The position numbers and the translations under genes are program-made. A stretch of 64,000 nucleotides of DNA from the NCBI RefSeq assembly GCF_009914755.1, contig NC_060925.1, one strand, 5' to 3'. The notes under the pieces are model-generated. The model saw nothing but the letters and a program-made list of their open reading frames with translations. It did not search any database and was not told the origin of the DNA. This document shows positions 33,340-46,650 of this stretch, one piece after another; positions within the stretch are counted from its first letter, which is position 1, and each line of letters opens with the position of its first letter. The DNA comes from the human T2T-CHM13v2.0 reference genome, Homo sapiens.

Positions 33340-34360
33340 TGCAGTGGCACTCTAAATTTCTCATTTTAATTAACTTGCCTGTGGTATTTGACCAGATCAT
33401 TGTTTCTCCAATTTTGAAACTCATTTGATTTTCATATAACTCATTGACAATTTATTTGAGTCTTTTGTGAGTTCTTTCTATGTGTAGCTATTCTTCTCAT
33501 TTTACTAGTTCACTGTAGGTAATTTCTTCTCCCAATATTTTAACTAACATTTAAATGATTTTGACATTCATACTCAAGGTGTTCAAAATTTGCTTTATTT
33601 ATCTTTGCTTCAAAACAATCTCTCTTAATGTACTCTAAGTTTTGGTCACTGGACCATCCTCCAAGCTAGATATATAGTGGTTACTTTAGAGTCTTCTCTC
33701 TCCTCCCTCATATATCTATATATGGTCGGTAATTAGGCCCTGTTGATTTATTGTCTCAACTATATCTTGTTTTGGTACATACCTCTTTGTTCTTTAGTAT
33801 AGGCATTTAGAATCTTTTCTCTGGACTCCTACAGTAGTTTCCTACTTTGCTTCTCTTCTACCACTACAACCTGTCCAGTTCAACTTTCTTGTCACTACCA
33901 GCTTTAATTTTCTAACCTCAAGTTAGAGCATATTATTCCATTAGTTAAAGAAATTATTGATTCCTCATGTACTTTAAAGAGTTTTTGATAAATGGCTTGT
34001 TCATGATCTGGCCCCCTACATACCTCCACAGGCTTATTTAACATTAAATCTGATATTTAATTGCTGGAACCACTAACAATTCCTTAAATAGAGTATATGT
34101 TTTTCATCTCTCTGGATCTTTAATCTATGCTTATAAAGCTGTTCACATTTTTGGTCTCAAATGAATTTGATCAAGCACAGGGTTCTTAATTTCTCCAGAC
34201 AATTGTTTTGAGTCTTTCCTTTATGCCTTATGTATCTTGTACCTACCATTTCTACAAGAGTGGTCATTTTCATGAATGTTTGTCAGTTTTATTATAGGTA
34301 TATAGACAATAAAGACCATGTACCCACACAGTGCATGGAGTACTATATTAAATGAATAAA
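33340..34360 (+). mobile_element. Highly diverged L2 fragments
   Basis: Pyrimidine-rich L2-like blocks ending AAATGAATAAATG. Boundaries uncertain. Confidence 0.45.
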
Positions 34361-35244
34361 TGCCAAAGACTATGTATCTATTTTACTGGTAAAATTGTGG
34401 AGGGTATCTGTATTGGAAAGTATGAGGAAGTAGTCTTAGAGACACGGTGTAAGGGATGCTTTCAGAAGTCCTTGAAATCACATTTTTTTTTAAACAGTAA
34501 GTATTCATTTTATGTAGACATGATATTTTGAAGATGATATGGCAGTGGAGTGCATAATGAAACTGAGAGAATATAAAGTTTGATGTCCCAGTAGAAAAAT
34601 ATTAAAGTAATAAAACTGTAGATTGATGAAAAATAAAAAAATTAAAATGCTATAAAAATTGAAGAATGAAAGGATGGGAATTGTCATCACGATGAAAAAG
34701 AAGAAACAGGTAAACATTACTGTGGGTTTTTAGCTTGAGATAATAGAGAATTAGTGGGATTAGTAAGATGCCAAAGATTTTTTGATATGGAAAGTCATTC
34801 CGGAAAGAGAGAGAAAATATGGACAATGATAGGAAGAGGCTAAGAAAACTGGAAAAAAAAGGGTGAGGAGGAGGGAGTGTGAGAAAAGAGTGTTTGACTG
34901 ATGGGGAGAGTGAGAAAGGGAATGGACAAATGCAGTGCCGTGAGCTCACATGTTGTATAGGACATAGGGCAGAAATTATGAGACTAGATTTCTGGCTTAG
35001 TACCTTACCTTAACTATCCGGATGGCCTTTAGCACTCATTTAATCACTCTGATGCGGACTCTCATGCTAATTATGAGGCTTGGCTTTTATGAAGCTTACA
35101 CATCTGTTGTTAAGTCAGTTTTGAACTTGTTGGGTTGGAGGAAAACATGGGAAAGCCATGCATGGATATTCTGTAGCATTAGTGAATTGAAGGTTTGCTC
35201 AAGTATAAGTCAGAGCCGGAGATGGAGAGTTGAGAGCCAAGGTA

Positions 35245-35630
35245 GAGACTGTGATGTATTCTCTGAAATCCATTTCCATTTCCTCTTTGGTATATCTTGA
35301 CCTCATACTTCAGTCTCCCTTCCAGTTAAGTGTAATCGTATCACTGAGTTATGGCCAATGTAATGTAGGAACAAAGTGATGGGTGCAACTTTCAGACTGG
35401 GTCCTAGAAACAAAAATAAAAACAAAAGAGACACAAAACTCTTGCATAATTTTTAAGCTCACTCTCTCTCTCTATCATCTATTAACCAGAACACAGAAGA
35501 TCTAGTGAAGGATCCTGAGGTTCTCATGGGTGGAATGGGGCAATTGCAGAAGTGCTGCCCCAGGAGGCAACTGATAAGGAACACATGGGTGGGATCAGCA
35601 CATGAGCAATCCAAAAACGTAGCAATTGGT
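35245..35630 (+). mobile_element. Old MaLR LTR (MLT1J-like)
   Basis: ACTGAGTTATGGCCAATGTAATGTAGG...AAGTGATGGGTGCAACTTTCAGACTGGG. Confidence 0.65.
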
Positions 35631-37027
35631 CTTTCATGAGTAACACAGACATCATACACAGAGAAGGTATAGTTGAAGATAGTGATTTAAATCATTGAAA
35701 AACTCAAAAGATTAAAGAATAGAGAACTAAGGGCAGAGTCCTGGGACACACAATTGAAGAATGCAAAAGATAGAATGTAAATCAATGAGAGGAAAGTAGC
35801 AAAACAATTTAAGATGGTTCACTATCACTGAAATCAAGGCAGAAAAGAATCTCAAGAAAGGAATAGGTTAAGATCAGTGAGAATGTGCCACTTAGAATGA
35901 CTAGAAACAGGTTAGTGCTACATTAACTGAACATAATTCGTGGAAGTTTAAAACAGGAGTAACCTGAGCCTCTTTGAAGATGGAAACATAAGAGCCAGTA
36001 AGAACAGGTGAATTGAAGAAGCTAGGGAGAGGTCCATGGAGTTAAATTATCACAGAAAGTGGGAATGAGTGTTTTACAGTACAGGTAAATGGAGTAAATT
36101 AAGAGAGGAAGAGAGAAACTGTCTTTGAAGGGAAAGATGAGAGAGCAGAGAACCACCCTGACACAAAAACATGTTTTTTGTTTTATTTCTTCAAGATAAT
36201 AAAGAAACAATGTTCTGGCTGAACTTGAGAATGCAAAAAATATTCACAGAGGTTATTATGGATTGGAGCTATGCTGTGGAAAGATGATGTGAGAATTCTA
36301 AAATCTTGGTGTGACTTCTGGTACTTTCTAATACAAATAGAATCAAGGAAGAAGAAAAATCTACATGTGCCATAATATATTTTGGGACCATTTAAAATCC
36401 ATCCATCTCTTCTAATTCTACTTAGACAACTGATTTAATTTGGGTAGCTGTACCAGTATGGAGAATTGTGGACAAATAACACAAAAGACATTTTTCTTTT
36501 TTATGAAATGAGAAGTCTAACCAATGACAGTAACAAGAAGAGCAATTCTTAAGTCCTCTTATTCAAGTACAATAAATTAGTAAAAGATTATTGGCCATGT
36601 TTATGATTTACTGTTCTATTTTTGTTTTGGGAAGACGTCTTGAATAGGCTTCTAGTAAGACTAGGAAAATAAAGTACATGGTAAAGAAATGGTAGAATCA
36701 GTCACATTTGGTCTCTGTCTCTGATACTTAGTTCATCACATGTCAATTCACTGATCACCAAGGTCCACTCAAGTCATAAAAAATTCTGTAATTCTACAAA
36801 TATAGTACTTCTTGTTGATGCAAATCCGTTGAAAAGATTACTACATCAGAGAAAAATAGGTAAGCAGGTGACCATTCTCTGATGTTAGAGGAGAGAAGTA
36901 AAATATGGCATATTTTTTAGACTAAGATTAGCATGAGCATTGGTAAAGTCCCCTCTTCTTCCATTCCCCAAGACAAAAACTAAAGAATACTTCATCCAAA
37001 TCTTTTTTTATGAATTAAAAACATTAA

Positions 37028-37154
37028 AAAAATTTGTGGAGATAGAGTCTCACTATGTTACCCAGGCTTGTCTTAAACTCCTGGCCTCAATCAGTCCTCC
37101 TGCTTAGCCCTCCCCAAATGCTGGAGTTACAGGGGTGAGTCACCATGGCTGGCC
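37028..37154 (-). mobile_element. FLAM (free left Alu monomer)
   Basis: GAGATAGAGTCTCACTATGTTACCCAGGC...GTGAGTCACCATGGCTGGCC, a single monomer. Confidence 0.9.
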
Positions 37155-38454
37155 TCCTTTACATCTTAAAATAGCTAGCAACATCCTAAATGCTAATCTT
37201 GATTCTGCAACTGTTGTATTTCAATTTCTCTTGTTTCTACTGAATGACGTTTACAAAAGTGCTGTACAGAGGAACAACATAAGTTCTCTGTTTATAGACA
37301 AGGAGCAATGTGATAAATGCTGTCACATTTGTTTTCTAAGTAACTCCTGCAGTGGCTTGAGTGATTATACAATTTGTGTGCAAGCTTTAGAACTAATAGT
37401 ATTGGTATTCATAATATAGCAGAATGTCTACTTAAAGTCTAATAGGATTTCCAGTAAAATTTTCATGGCATAAGGACTGTCTCAGAAATAGACTCTTCTT
37501 TTCCTATAAGCTAGCTATGTCAACTCCAAGACTCCTTCTTGTCTATATGGAGGTCATAATGCCCTGGTGCAAATTGGAATTCTAGCTGTAATCAGTTAAC
37601 ATAACCGTTACAATTCATTTAAGAAAAATATTGCCTAACCTAAGAAAAGGAGCATGTTGCTAAGAAATTCTGTAACAATTAGCAATTGTAACCTTGTGAT
37701 TTATTAAATAAATATCTTACATGATTTGTCTCAGCAATAAAAGTGTGTCAAGTCAGGGAAAACTGTGAAGAGGATGACTTTAGCCTTGATCACCTTGTTT
37801 TATTCTTTCTGTTATTTTGAGAAAATGAAATAAATCCTGGTAGGAATAGATCAAAAGGTTATAGACAGGAGGTAGCATCATTGTCTTTCCTGATTAGTCT
37901 ATAAGGACAATTAAGCAAGAACTATAAGTCATAATTTTTTTTTCTGTCTATTTTTGGGGGTAAGATATGACATCCTCTATAGTCACAATCCTTTTGAATG
38001 CTATTTTACATGTCGAGATGCCTAAGGTCTCTTACTAATTGGAATACCTTTGCAGGGGACTCATGTTGGGATGACACCTCTCACTGAGGGAGACCGTGTG
38101 GAGTATAAGACAAGCAATGAGATACTTTTTACACTTCTATAATTTCTATGTACATTTTAAGTTTTGCATAAGTCAATTAACTCTCTCACCCATTACTAAG
38201 CATTGTCCAGATCTTCCCCTATTTTTAGATTGTGCTTCATATCTGAAATTGTAAATAATGCACAAAGTGGTGGCTACCTACCATGAGTCTGTCTTTTGGC
38301 CTAGTGACCAGAGACCCACATGGGCAAAATATAGGATTTTTTTTGTTCTACTGTAATTTACTAAAGCATAACCATAGAAAGGGAACACTTCTGTTTTCTA
38401 AAGGTGTTTAGACCGGTCTGAGTGGTTTCATTTCAATATTTTAAAGTAGAAAAA

Positions 38455-39020
38455 ACATTGGTTTGGATTTAGGATATCTGGATTCAAATCTCAGCTCCAT
38501 TATGTAAGAGCCAGGCAAGTTACTCTCTTAGTCTATTCCTGTTCTTATTAAAAAAAACCTTAGGCATTTATAAAAACAAAAATTTATTCCTCACAATTCT
38601 GAAAGCCAGGAAGTTCAAGATCAGGGCACTAGCAGTTTTGGTATCTGGTGAGGGATCTTTGTTTCCAATATGATACCCTATTGATATGTCCTCATATAGT
38701 GGAAGGGCAAAAGGAAAGAACTCACTTCCTGAGGTCCTTTTATAAAGGCACTGATCCCCTCCGTGAGCATGGAAGGCTCAATCACCTTTTAACAACCTCA
38801 CTTCTTCATATGGTTGTACTGGGAATTCAGTTTCAACATGAATTTTGGAGGAACACAAACATTCAAATCATACCAGTCACTTAATCTGCCCATCTCAGTT
38901 TTCTCACCTGTAATATAAGGAATTAATAGTAGCTAACCCTTATAATTAAGGAGATTCAAGAAGGAAATTTATAGAAATTAATTTAGCACCATCCACTCAT
39001 CTGGAAGATGTTCAATCTGA
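38455..39020 (+). mobile_element. MIR split by an MST LTR
   Basis: CTGGATTCAAATCTCAGCTCC...GGCAAGTTAC resumes after the LTR as GTCACTTAATCT...CTCAGTTTTCTCACCTGTAA. Confidence 0.75.
38524..38875 (-). mobile_element. MST-type MaLR solo LTR (MSTC/MSTD-like)
   Basis: AAGTTCAAGATCAGGGCACTAGCAG...TCAACATGAATTTTGGAGGAACACAAACATTCAAATCATACCA, TSD GTTAC/GTCAC. Confidence 0.85.
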
Positions 39021-39689
39021 ATCCTGGGGAAGAGTAAACAAGCCACTTTCTAAAGAATATATAAAGACCTGGCTTTGCTGAGACTCAGGCACAGTTGGTA
39101 TGACAGCGGGGGGCTAGCTGAGACAGCTGAAGGAAGGGTAGTCTCTAGGAAATGGATGGGAAATGCTGAGGCCAAAGTGGAAGCCACAGGCAGAATCCAG
39201 GCAGGGCTGATTCAATGGGAACAACCTCAAACCAGGCAGTGAGGCATAGTTGGAAGAAAACAACAGGATTTGGACTAGGAGCTTGAATGCAGCTCATAAT
39301 TGCATCTGTTCGGTAGATCTCTAAAGATACAGAGTTGTCACTTATGATTGAGGATGGGCCTTTCTAATCTTTTAGTTATGAACACCTTTCCTGGTGTGAA
39401 GAGGTTTAAGGCTAGTGGATTTAGGCTGTGCAGAGAGAGAGAAATGTGGTCTTGCCAGCACTAATAATAGTAAGGGCATAAACACCGAGTGGTTTTCCCA
39501 ATTCATGCAGGCTGTCTGGCTCTCCTCATTTCTGCAGGATCTTATGTAACAGAGATTTTCGAATTAGAGGAGATTAATTCTAAATTATAAGTAAATGACC
39601 CATGAGTCCTCTCTGGAACTTGTTCTTATCCCTAGTATTAAGTGGTGATTGGCTACATCCCAAGAAGCAGTTTCCCAAAAAGGACAAAC

Positions 39690-39895
39690 TTATATATCGG
39701 TTTTGGTGTCAGATAAAACTTATTTCAAGTCCAAAATCTACCATATATTAGCTGCAACCTTGGTAAATTTATTTGGATTTTAACAGTAAAATGGGGAGAT
39801 GGATCCTCACCTTATTATTAGGATTGAGTAAACCTTATTATTAGGATTGTGATGTTTCTGACACTTAGTGTACATCAGTAAGTATTAACGATTAC
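39690..39895 (+). mobile_element. MIR (diverged)
   Basis: TTTTGGTGTCAGA...TTAGCTG...GTAAAATGGGGA. Confidence 0.6.
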
Positions 39896-40469
39896 AATTT
39901 TGAAAGTGGAATAAACATATGAAAACAATGACTACTAGTTTAATTAGGTATTTTCTTTCTTTTTTAAAATTCTACAGATTAGGCCTGGGTAGGATGTGGA
40001 CATTCCCAGAGAAGGACCATACTTTCCCCATTATTCAGTGTTTATTACTTCATGATGTTTCATATGTTGTCTCAATTACATTTCCATTTGCCTTTGATCA
40101 CTTTGTGTACTGGGTACAAATGTATTTGTAGAGCTAAATTTTATTTGTCACTGCCAACATTGTCTCAATATATTTTTCAATGCTATTAACATTGCTTATT
40201 AATGAAAAGATGGATGGGTAATAATGATAAGAGGAAGTTTTACTGATGCATTTGCTTTCCTCTTTTCCTTTCTTCCTTCAGAAGTTTCTTAAGCATTCCT
40301 ATCAGCATGAAATAGGTAAGGATCCTCCTGGGCACAGTGTAATTCTTGTGGATAAATGGTATATATCAAGAAATCTGTTGACTTATCATGTAGTGACAGC
40401 CATTCAACTACCTTTCTCCCGACTGTGGAGAGTCACTGGCTGAATCATCAGAAGTTGATTAATAGTCAA

Positions 40470-41060
40470 AAAAGAAGAATCTGCTAGGATGTAGGAAATA
40501 GGCGCTCTCATACACACTGCAGCTGAGGATGAAATTGGTTCAATTTTTTTTACAAAGGAGCATTTAGCATGAATACATACAATCTTAAGTTAAGGTTGCT
40601 CTTTGACCTAACAATTGCACAGTTACGAAATAATTCTAGACACATAATCAGATAAATGTGCAAATATGTATGTACAAGGATGTTCACTGCAGCGTTGTTT
40701 ATAATAAGGAAAAATTAGAAACTGCCTAAATGGTCAGTAAAGCAGGCCTGGTAATGATACTGTTATAAGACAGAATAATGTGGGCATGTTTTCAAATGCT
40801 ATAAAAACTTCATAATGATATAAAAAATTTTCATAAATATCCATAACATCAAGTGAATAAAAGCAAAGCAGAAAGTTGTATGTTTAGGTAACATTCTGCA
40901 TTTGTAATAAAATATTTATGTTTATATACTTAGAAAAAACTATAGGAATACGTATCAAAAGGCACAAGAATTGTGCTAGTGTGTTGGTGCTATCATAGGT
41001 GATCTTATTTTCTTCTTAAACTTATCTGTCATAAACATAATTTAGTTTTATAATCACTCA
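40470..41060 (+). mobile_element. L1ME-type 3' fragment
   Basis: CTCTCATACAC...TGTACAAGGATGTTCACTGCAGCGTTGTTTATAATA. Confidence 0.75.
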
Positions 41061-41094
41061 AACATAATTGTAACTTAGAAAGCCTGCCTTTGTG

Positions 41095-41205
41095 GTGTCA
41101 AAGCAGAGGTTTTTATCTCTTTTCTTCACTGCTCTATACCCAATAGCTAGAAGAATGTCTGCCTATATTAGAGGCTCAATAAATCTCTGTTTAATGAATA
41201 AATAT
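41095..41205 (+). mobile_element. L2 3' end
   Basis: TTCACTGCTCTATACCCAATAGCTAGAAGAATGTCTG...GCTCAATAAAT...AATGAATAAA. Confidence 0.8.
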
Positions 41206-42279
41206 TCACTGTGTTCTACATTCTCAAGCATTAACAGAGATTGAGCACCTTCTCAGGACAGTTGTGCTAAAATAAATGGGAGCCTAAATGACTCAACTTC
41301 CCAAAGGAACCTTCATGTACAGAACAATACCAGAGGTTTAAGGCAATAAATTAATGCTTTAAGATACCCCCAGTTTAATTTACATTATTTGTAGGGTTTA
41401 AGGTAGGAGCCAGGTGTCAAAATAGATAACAAATTAATCATCCATTTGTTTATCCATTTATTCAACAGACATTTGTTGCATGCTAATTTCTTATGTTCAT
41501 TGTGAAAATTGCTGGGAGTATAACAGTAAACAGGTAAAGATCTGCAGTTTAATATTTCATAGTGTTGACTGCCCAACATCTCCCTTTTTATGTTTGGAGA
41601 ATTTCTCCTCTTATGAGACCTGTATCTTCAAGATAGATGTCAGAAACTTAATTTTCAAACCTTTTCTTTGCAACCAGGGCCCAATAATTTGATTTAGGTT
41701 TCTCCCATCAGATATTTCCAAGCAAGATTTTGATTAGGAAACATAGTAGGAAGAAGGAGGCACATTTCAGAATCATTTCCTGGTGAGAATGACAGGGAGA
41801 GAGGCAGTATTACATGGGTTCCAACAGTGGCACCATGGGGTCCACACAGGCAGGAAAAACTAAGGTACCTGTTCCTAGCAGCAGTGGAAAACTGTGTCTT
41901 GCTGGCAATCTTCCAATGTAATTTGGGTACTGTCCTGGTTGGACAGCCTGCAATAATTCTTTGACCTTCCTAAAGATCCTGTGAAATGCCTAATTATGTC
42001 TCACAGTGTGTCTCCCCTTTTACCAGTGATAGAACACCCAATAGAACACTTGCTATGATCTTGCTTTCCACCTCACCGCAGCTGCTTATGCCCACGGTCA
42101 CATATGTAACGCGCCATTACCAAAACCCCATTTCAAGTGTCCCATTCTTTGATTGCCACTTTCCCCTCCAGGTCACTGCTTCAATTTTTCCCACTCCAGT
42201 AACCCCTAGAATGGCTGGTCCTGCTCATTTCACTATCTGTGGCTCCCACTCATGTCCTCACTTTCTTCCTTTGTTGGTT

Positions 42280-43622
42280 CACTTTGTGGTCCATCACTGT
42301 AAGTCATCATTTGCATTCACTCTCAGCTCCCCTGCCATTCTGTTCTGCTATCAAACTCACCTGAGAAGACCCCATTCTGGTTAAATCCAACTCCCCTTCT
42401 CCTTCATCCTGGCACCCTAGCAGTTGAATGAGACTGACATAAAATACACTAACATGCTGACTATCTCAAGTTATATCTCACTATGTATATCACACCTTAG
42501 TCCTCTCCAGCCAGCCGAATATGGCCGTGTTTCATCAGTTGTCTCTTGCACACTGACATGATTTCTTACGATATCCATCCCCTTTCCTCTCTCCATCTAT
42601 AAGGTGTTGTGCCACCAGAGATACTGCCTCACTTGCATCTACTCCCAAGTACCCTGTATCCCTGTCTTTTACAGTTGAACTGTCCCTGACCCATAATGCC
42701 AGCCCATCGTTTTACAACCTGTATCCCACCTTCAATCACCTATTAAAGGACACGACATTGGGTTTCCTCAATCCTATATCATTACCATTTCCCTCTTAAC
42801 TGGATCATTCCCACTAGGGTAAAATATGCTGTGATGTGTCATAGTAATATTCTCTGACTTCACTGCCCTCCCCAGTAAATTAACCACTTCTCTGCGCTCT
42901 TCTATAGCACACACCCTTAAAAACGTTGTCAGTGTTCATCATTCCCACTTTCCTGCATCTGCAGTCACCTTAGGACAAGCTGCCACCATCAGTTTTCATC
43001 TGAACGACTTCTCTGTAGTCTCCCAGCCTCCTCACTGACACACCTACAGGCTCCTCAAAGCAGCTAGAGTGAGTCTTTAAAAGTAGAAATATGGTCAAGT
43101 CACTCTTGGCTTAAAAGTTCCCATGCTTTCATTATACTCATGTAAAAGTCAAAAGCCCTTGCCAGAGCTTACAAGAGCTTAGGTTGGCACCAGGCTACTT
43201 TTCTGACCTCATCACCTACTCCTCTCACCCTCCTCCAACTGCTGTTCTTCTTTTTCTTTTCTTCAAACATTACAATATGCTTCCACCTCGAAGCTTGTGA
43301 TTTGCTGTTCCTTCTTCCTTGAATAGTCTTTCCCAGAGCAGTCACATGTCTTCCTCACTCAATTAAGGGTTTTACTTGAATGGTACACTGTCATGGAGGA
43401 TTTCCCTTCTCCTCTGCAATAGCTGCTCACCACCCCCATCACTCTTTGCTTACCCCAATTTCTTTTTCTTTGTAAAACTTATTACCTCTGCCATATATTA
43501 TGTGCTTTTTAAAAATTATTTCTCTACTCCCATTAGAATATTATCTCCGTGAGAGTGAGGATGGTGTTTTGATCACTGATATATTCCCAGTGACTAGCGA
43601 CGTTGAATAAATATTTGTTGAA
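42280..43622 (+). mobile_element. L2 fragments
   Basis: L2-like body ending TGATCACTGATATATTCCCAGTGACTAG...AATAAATATTTGTTGAA. Confidence 0.72.
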
Positions 43623-44319
43623 AGAGTGCCTGGGGTTGTATGAGAGCAGAGGAGAAAACATCATGCTCTTCTTAGGAGGTTCTTCTCTGAGCAGGTGACT
43701 CTGGAACTAGTATTGAAAGATGGGAAATATGCCAGGCAACAAGTGAAGGCAAGAGGAGAGAACATTGTGGGAGGGGAAATGATATATTTGGAGGCAGAGA
43801 GAAACGGAAATATTAATCTTAGAGAGAAAAGTATTTCCATTACAACTAGAGCCTAGCAGTAGATACAGTAGAGGCGGAGGTAGGGTTTTCAGAGATAAAC
43901 CTGGAATGGTAGACACTGTAAGTGTGTTAGGCTCTGTCTTCCAAAGTTTAGCAGTGTCACTTTATGAATACTGTACCATTCCAAATATTTTTCCTATATT
44001 TTTCATATACTTATATTTTTGAGTATTGGAAAGAAAATTAAGCCACTCTATATTGCTGCGGATGAAATGATGCAGAACTAAAAATCCAATTGCCTAATTT
44101 ATGTCATCCTCTCTGAAAATGCGTCTAATGCTTCTAGTATTTTCCAGCCTTCACCAAGTGGTGTAGCTTTATATATAAACTATATACATGAGCTAGGTTT
44201 ATATGAAGTTACAAATCCAAGATCAAGTCACTCTTTATTTGAATAAACAATGTTGACTTGTGTCAATCTCATTCAAGAATATAAATGGGGAGGATGATTT
44301 TCATCATATACAGTGTATT

Positions 44320-44450
44320 TTTAATCCTTTAAGGCTCTGATCAAAGCTATGGATGGTCTATCCAGAAAAATATGCATAAACACACATAAGCAATTTTGAA
44401 TAAAATTTCAGAAGGTATTAGATGCCAGCCTAAGGTTGTTCATACTTTCC
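44320..44450. mobile_element. Short hAT-Charlie element (MER117-like)
   Basis: TCTGATCAAAGCTATGGA...CCAGAAAAATATGCATAAACACACAT...AATTTTG...AATTTCAG. Confidence 0.5.
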
Positions 44451-44494
44451 TCATGTCCATTGGCTGGGTTAGTATCCCCTTTTCTGACACATTT

Positions 44495-44519
44495 TGTGTG
44501 TGTGTGTGTGTGTGTGTGT
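44495..44519. repeat. (TG)n microsatellite
   Basis: About 12 units, directly visible. Confidence 0.95.
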
Positions 44520-44568
44520 TACACATATGGTGCCTACCAAATTAAAAGAGTGTGAAATGGTTTAACTA

Positions 44569-44671
44569 AACTTGCCCTGCCCATGTCAGAGACTTTCCTT
44601 GGGAGCCAAAATTATTATATATGTGAATGTTCATTTTAAGGGATCAAATACAATCCAAAAGTTGTTACTTT
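44569..44671 (+). repeat. Dispersed direct duplication B, copy 1 (103 bp)
   Basis: 92/103 identical and ungapped against 46158-46260. Confidence 0.95.
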
Positions 44672-44896
44672 TCAAAATTAAACACTCGTGAAAGATTGCT
44701 AGCATGTGATTTAAAAAAATATATGTGATGTCATTATTTATCCCATGTGTGTCTGAATGATTTATAAAAACACTGGATTCTCTAAAGATAAAGATCTAGA
44801 AAGCTTTGGAAAATAGTCTCTCAATGAAAAAACAAGATAAGCATATAAGCAGTATTTTAGATTAACTGAATTTAAAACATAGGCCAAATTAGAATA

Positions 44897-45232
44897 CAAG
44901 CATGATCACTTAATGATGGGGATACATGCTGAGAATCTGTTGTTGGGGAATTTTGTTGTGTGAACATCATAGAATGTATTTACACAAATCTAAATGGTAT
45001 AACCTAGTATATATCTAGGCCATAAGGTATAGTCTGTTGCTCTCAGGCTACAACTTGTACAGCATGTTACTGTACTGAATGCCATAGGGAATTGTAACAC
45101 AATGGTAAGTATTTGTGCATCTAAACATATCTAATAGAAAATATACAGTAAAAATACAGTATTCTAATCTCATGGGACCACAGTCATATACATGGTCTGT
45201 CATTGATAGAAACGTTATGTAATGCGTGACTG
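44897..45232 (-). mobile_element. Tigger3a (MER7A-type)
   Basis: Tigger3a body (GTACAGCATGTTACTGTACTGAAT...AATTGTAACACAATGGTAAGTATTTGTG), with TA on both sides. Confidence 0.9.
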
Positions 45233-45319
45233 TATTTCCCAAGTTATTGACCAAGCAGTTAAATGGTGACTTACACTATTTAGTCTCCAAGGTTGACCAA
45301 TAAACCAAATGTAATGGAG

Positions 45320-45870
45320 ATTTTTATTGGTTACATATTTGGTTGCAAACATTTAAAAACACAACTTGAAAGGCTTAACTCTAGAAAAAGTTTATTGTTT
45401 CATATAGAGTTTCTATATAGGATGATACAAGTGTCACAAGAAATTAAAGTTCTTTCTATCTTTCCACTACCACGATTTTGGATCAAGCTAGTCTTGATCC
45501 TCAGGCTAGCTTCCCTTAGGTTGCACTCTGACTACCATAGTTCCATAGTCACAACCAGACATGTCAGTATTCAGAGAAATAAAATGACAATCTCTTCTTT
45601 GTGCTTCTTTTTCTAAGTCGCTATCCTTAGACTCATGAGACCTGCTTCTTAGATCTACGACCGGAATGGGTCATAGTTCCATCCGTAAACCAATTATTGA
45701 AAAGCAGTATGAGTTAACCCGACAGAGTTAAACTATTCAAGATTTACTTCTGAACTGAAAACAGAATTATATTCTGTAAAGTAAAGTATAAATATATGGA
45801 TAAAATTAGGGCTTCCTTAGTGAGCAAGAAAAGAAAAATTACAGGGAGGCAACCATCAATCTCTCCTACA
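45320..45870 (-). mobile_element. Old MaLR LTR (MLT1K/L/N-like)
   Basis: TTTGGTTGCAA...AGGCTTAA...TTTATTG start; GGGAGGCAACCA...CTACA end. Confidence 0.55.
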
Positions 45871-46077
45871 AGAGTTAAATAGAAACATGAAGAAAAATTT
45901 ATTTTTTAGAAAAGCAAGTTCATTTAGAGTGTGTGTTTGTAACTTTAGCTTCAGTAGGTGATAGGTGGATGAAAAATGTCAGGAGATTACTAGCTTCATA
46001 GAAATTGATCAATATGCTTTGTGCATACAAATGGAAACAGTCATAGTGTTATCAGAAATATCAGTTAATATTTGAGA

Positions 46078-46230
46078 AGATAGTGTTGTGGTTACCATGA
46101 ATAAATCATTTATCCTCTGTGAGACTGATTTCCTCATTTGCAAAATGCAGATAAAGCAACTTGCCCTGCCTACCTCATAGAATTTCCTTGGGAGCCAAAA
46201 TTATTATATATGTAAATATTCATTATAAAG
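46078..46230 (+). mobile_element. MIR fragment overlapping duplication B copy 2
   Basis: TCATTTATCCTCTGTGAGACTGATTTCCTCATTTGCAAAATGCAGATAA...CCTGCCTACCTCATAG. Confidence 0.7.
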
Positions 46231-46260
46231 TATAAAATACAATCCAAAAGTTGTTACTTT
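46158..46260 (+). repeat. Dispersed direct duplication B, copy 2 (103 bp)
   Basis: 92/103 identical to 44569-44671. Confidence 0.95.
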
Positions 46261-46650
46261 ACAAGAAGGAGGAACATCTACAATGAAATTCATGAGTCAA
46301 GCAAGAGTTGTTCCAAATTATCCTTACATATTTTTCCAAAAGTTAAACAAATCCGTGTGATATTTTTGTTTATAGACTATTTCTCTCAAGATTTCAAAAC
46401 ACTTGACATAAATGGTCATTAAATTGCTGTCAGTGAAGTAGTTTACAAGTGCTATTTGTTCCTTGTTTAGAAAAAAAAAAGCCATTTAGAGATCTTGACT
46501 TGCACAGGAACAAACAATGTAAAGGTAATGAAACTAGAAATAGAATCATGTTTTTAAATATCTGGCTCAGGTTTTCTTTCTGGAATTTGACCATTTTGAC
46601 ATTAAAAATACATTCTAACATTGTGTCTTAGTTTCTTCTGTCATCTACAA

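Noticed and set aside
41986-42384. 132-aa ORF
   Set aside because: Pyrimidine-rich, overlaps L2-like sequence, no recognisable domain or splice context.
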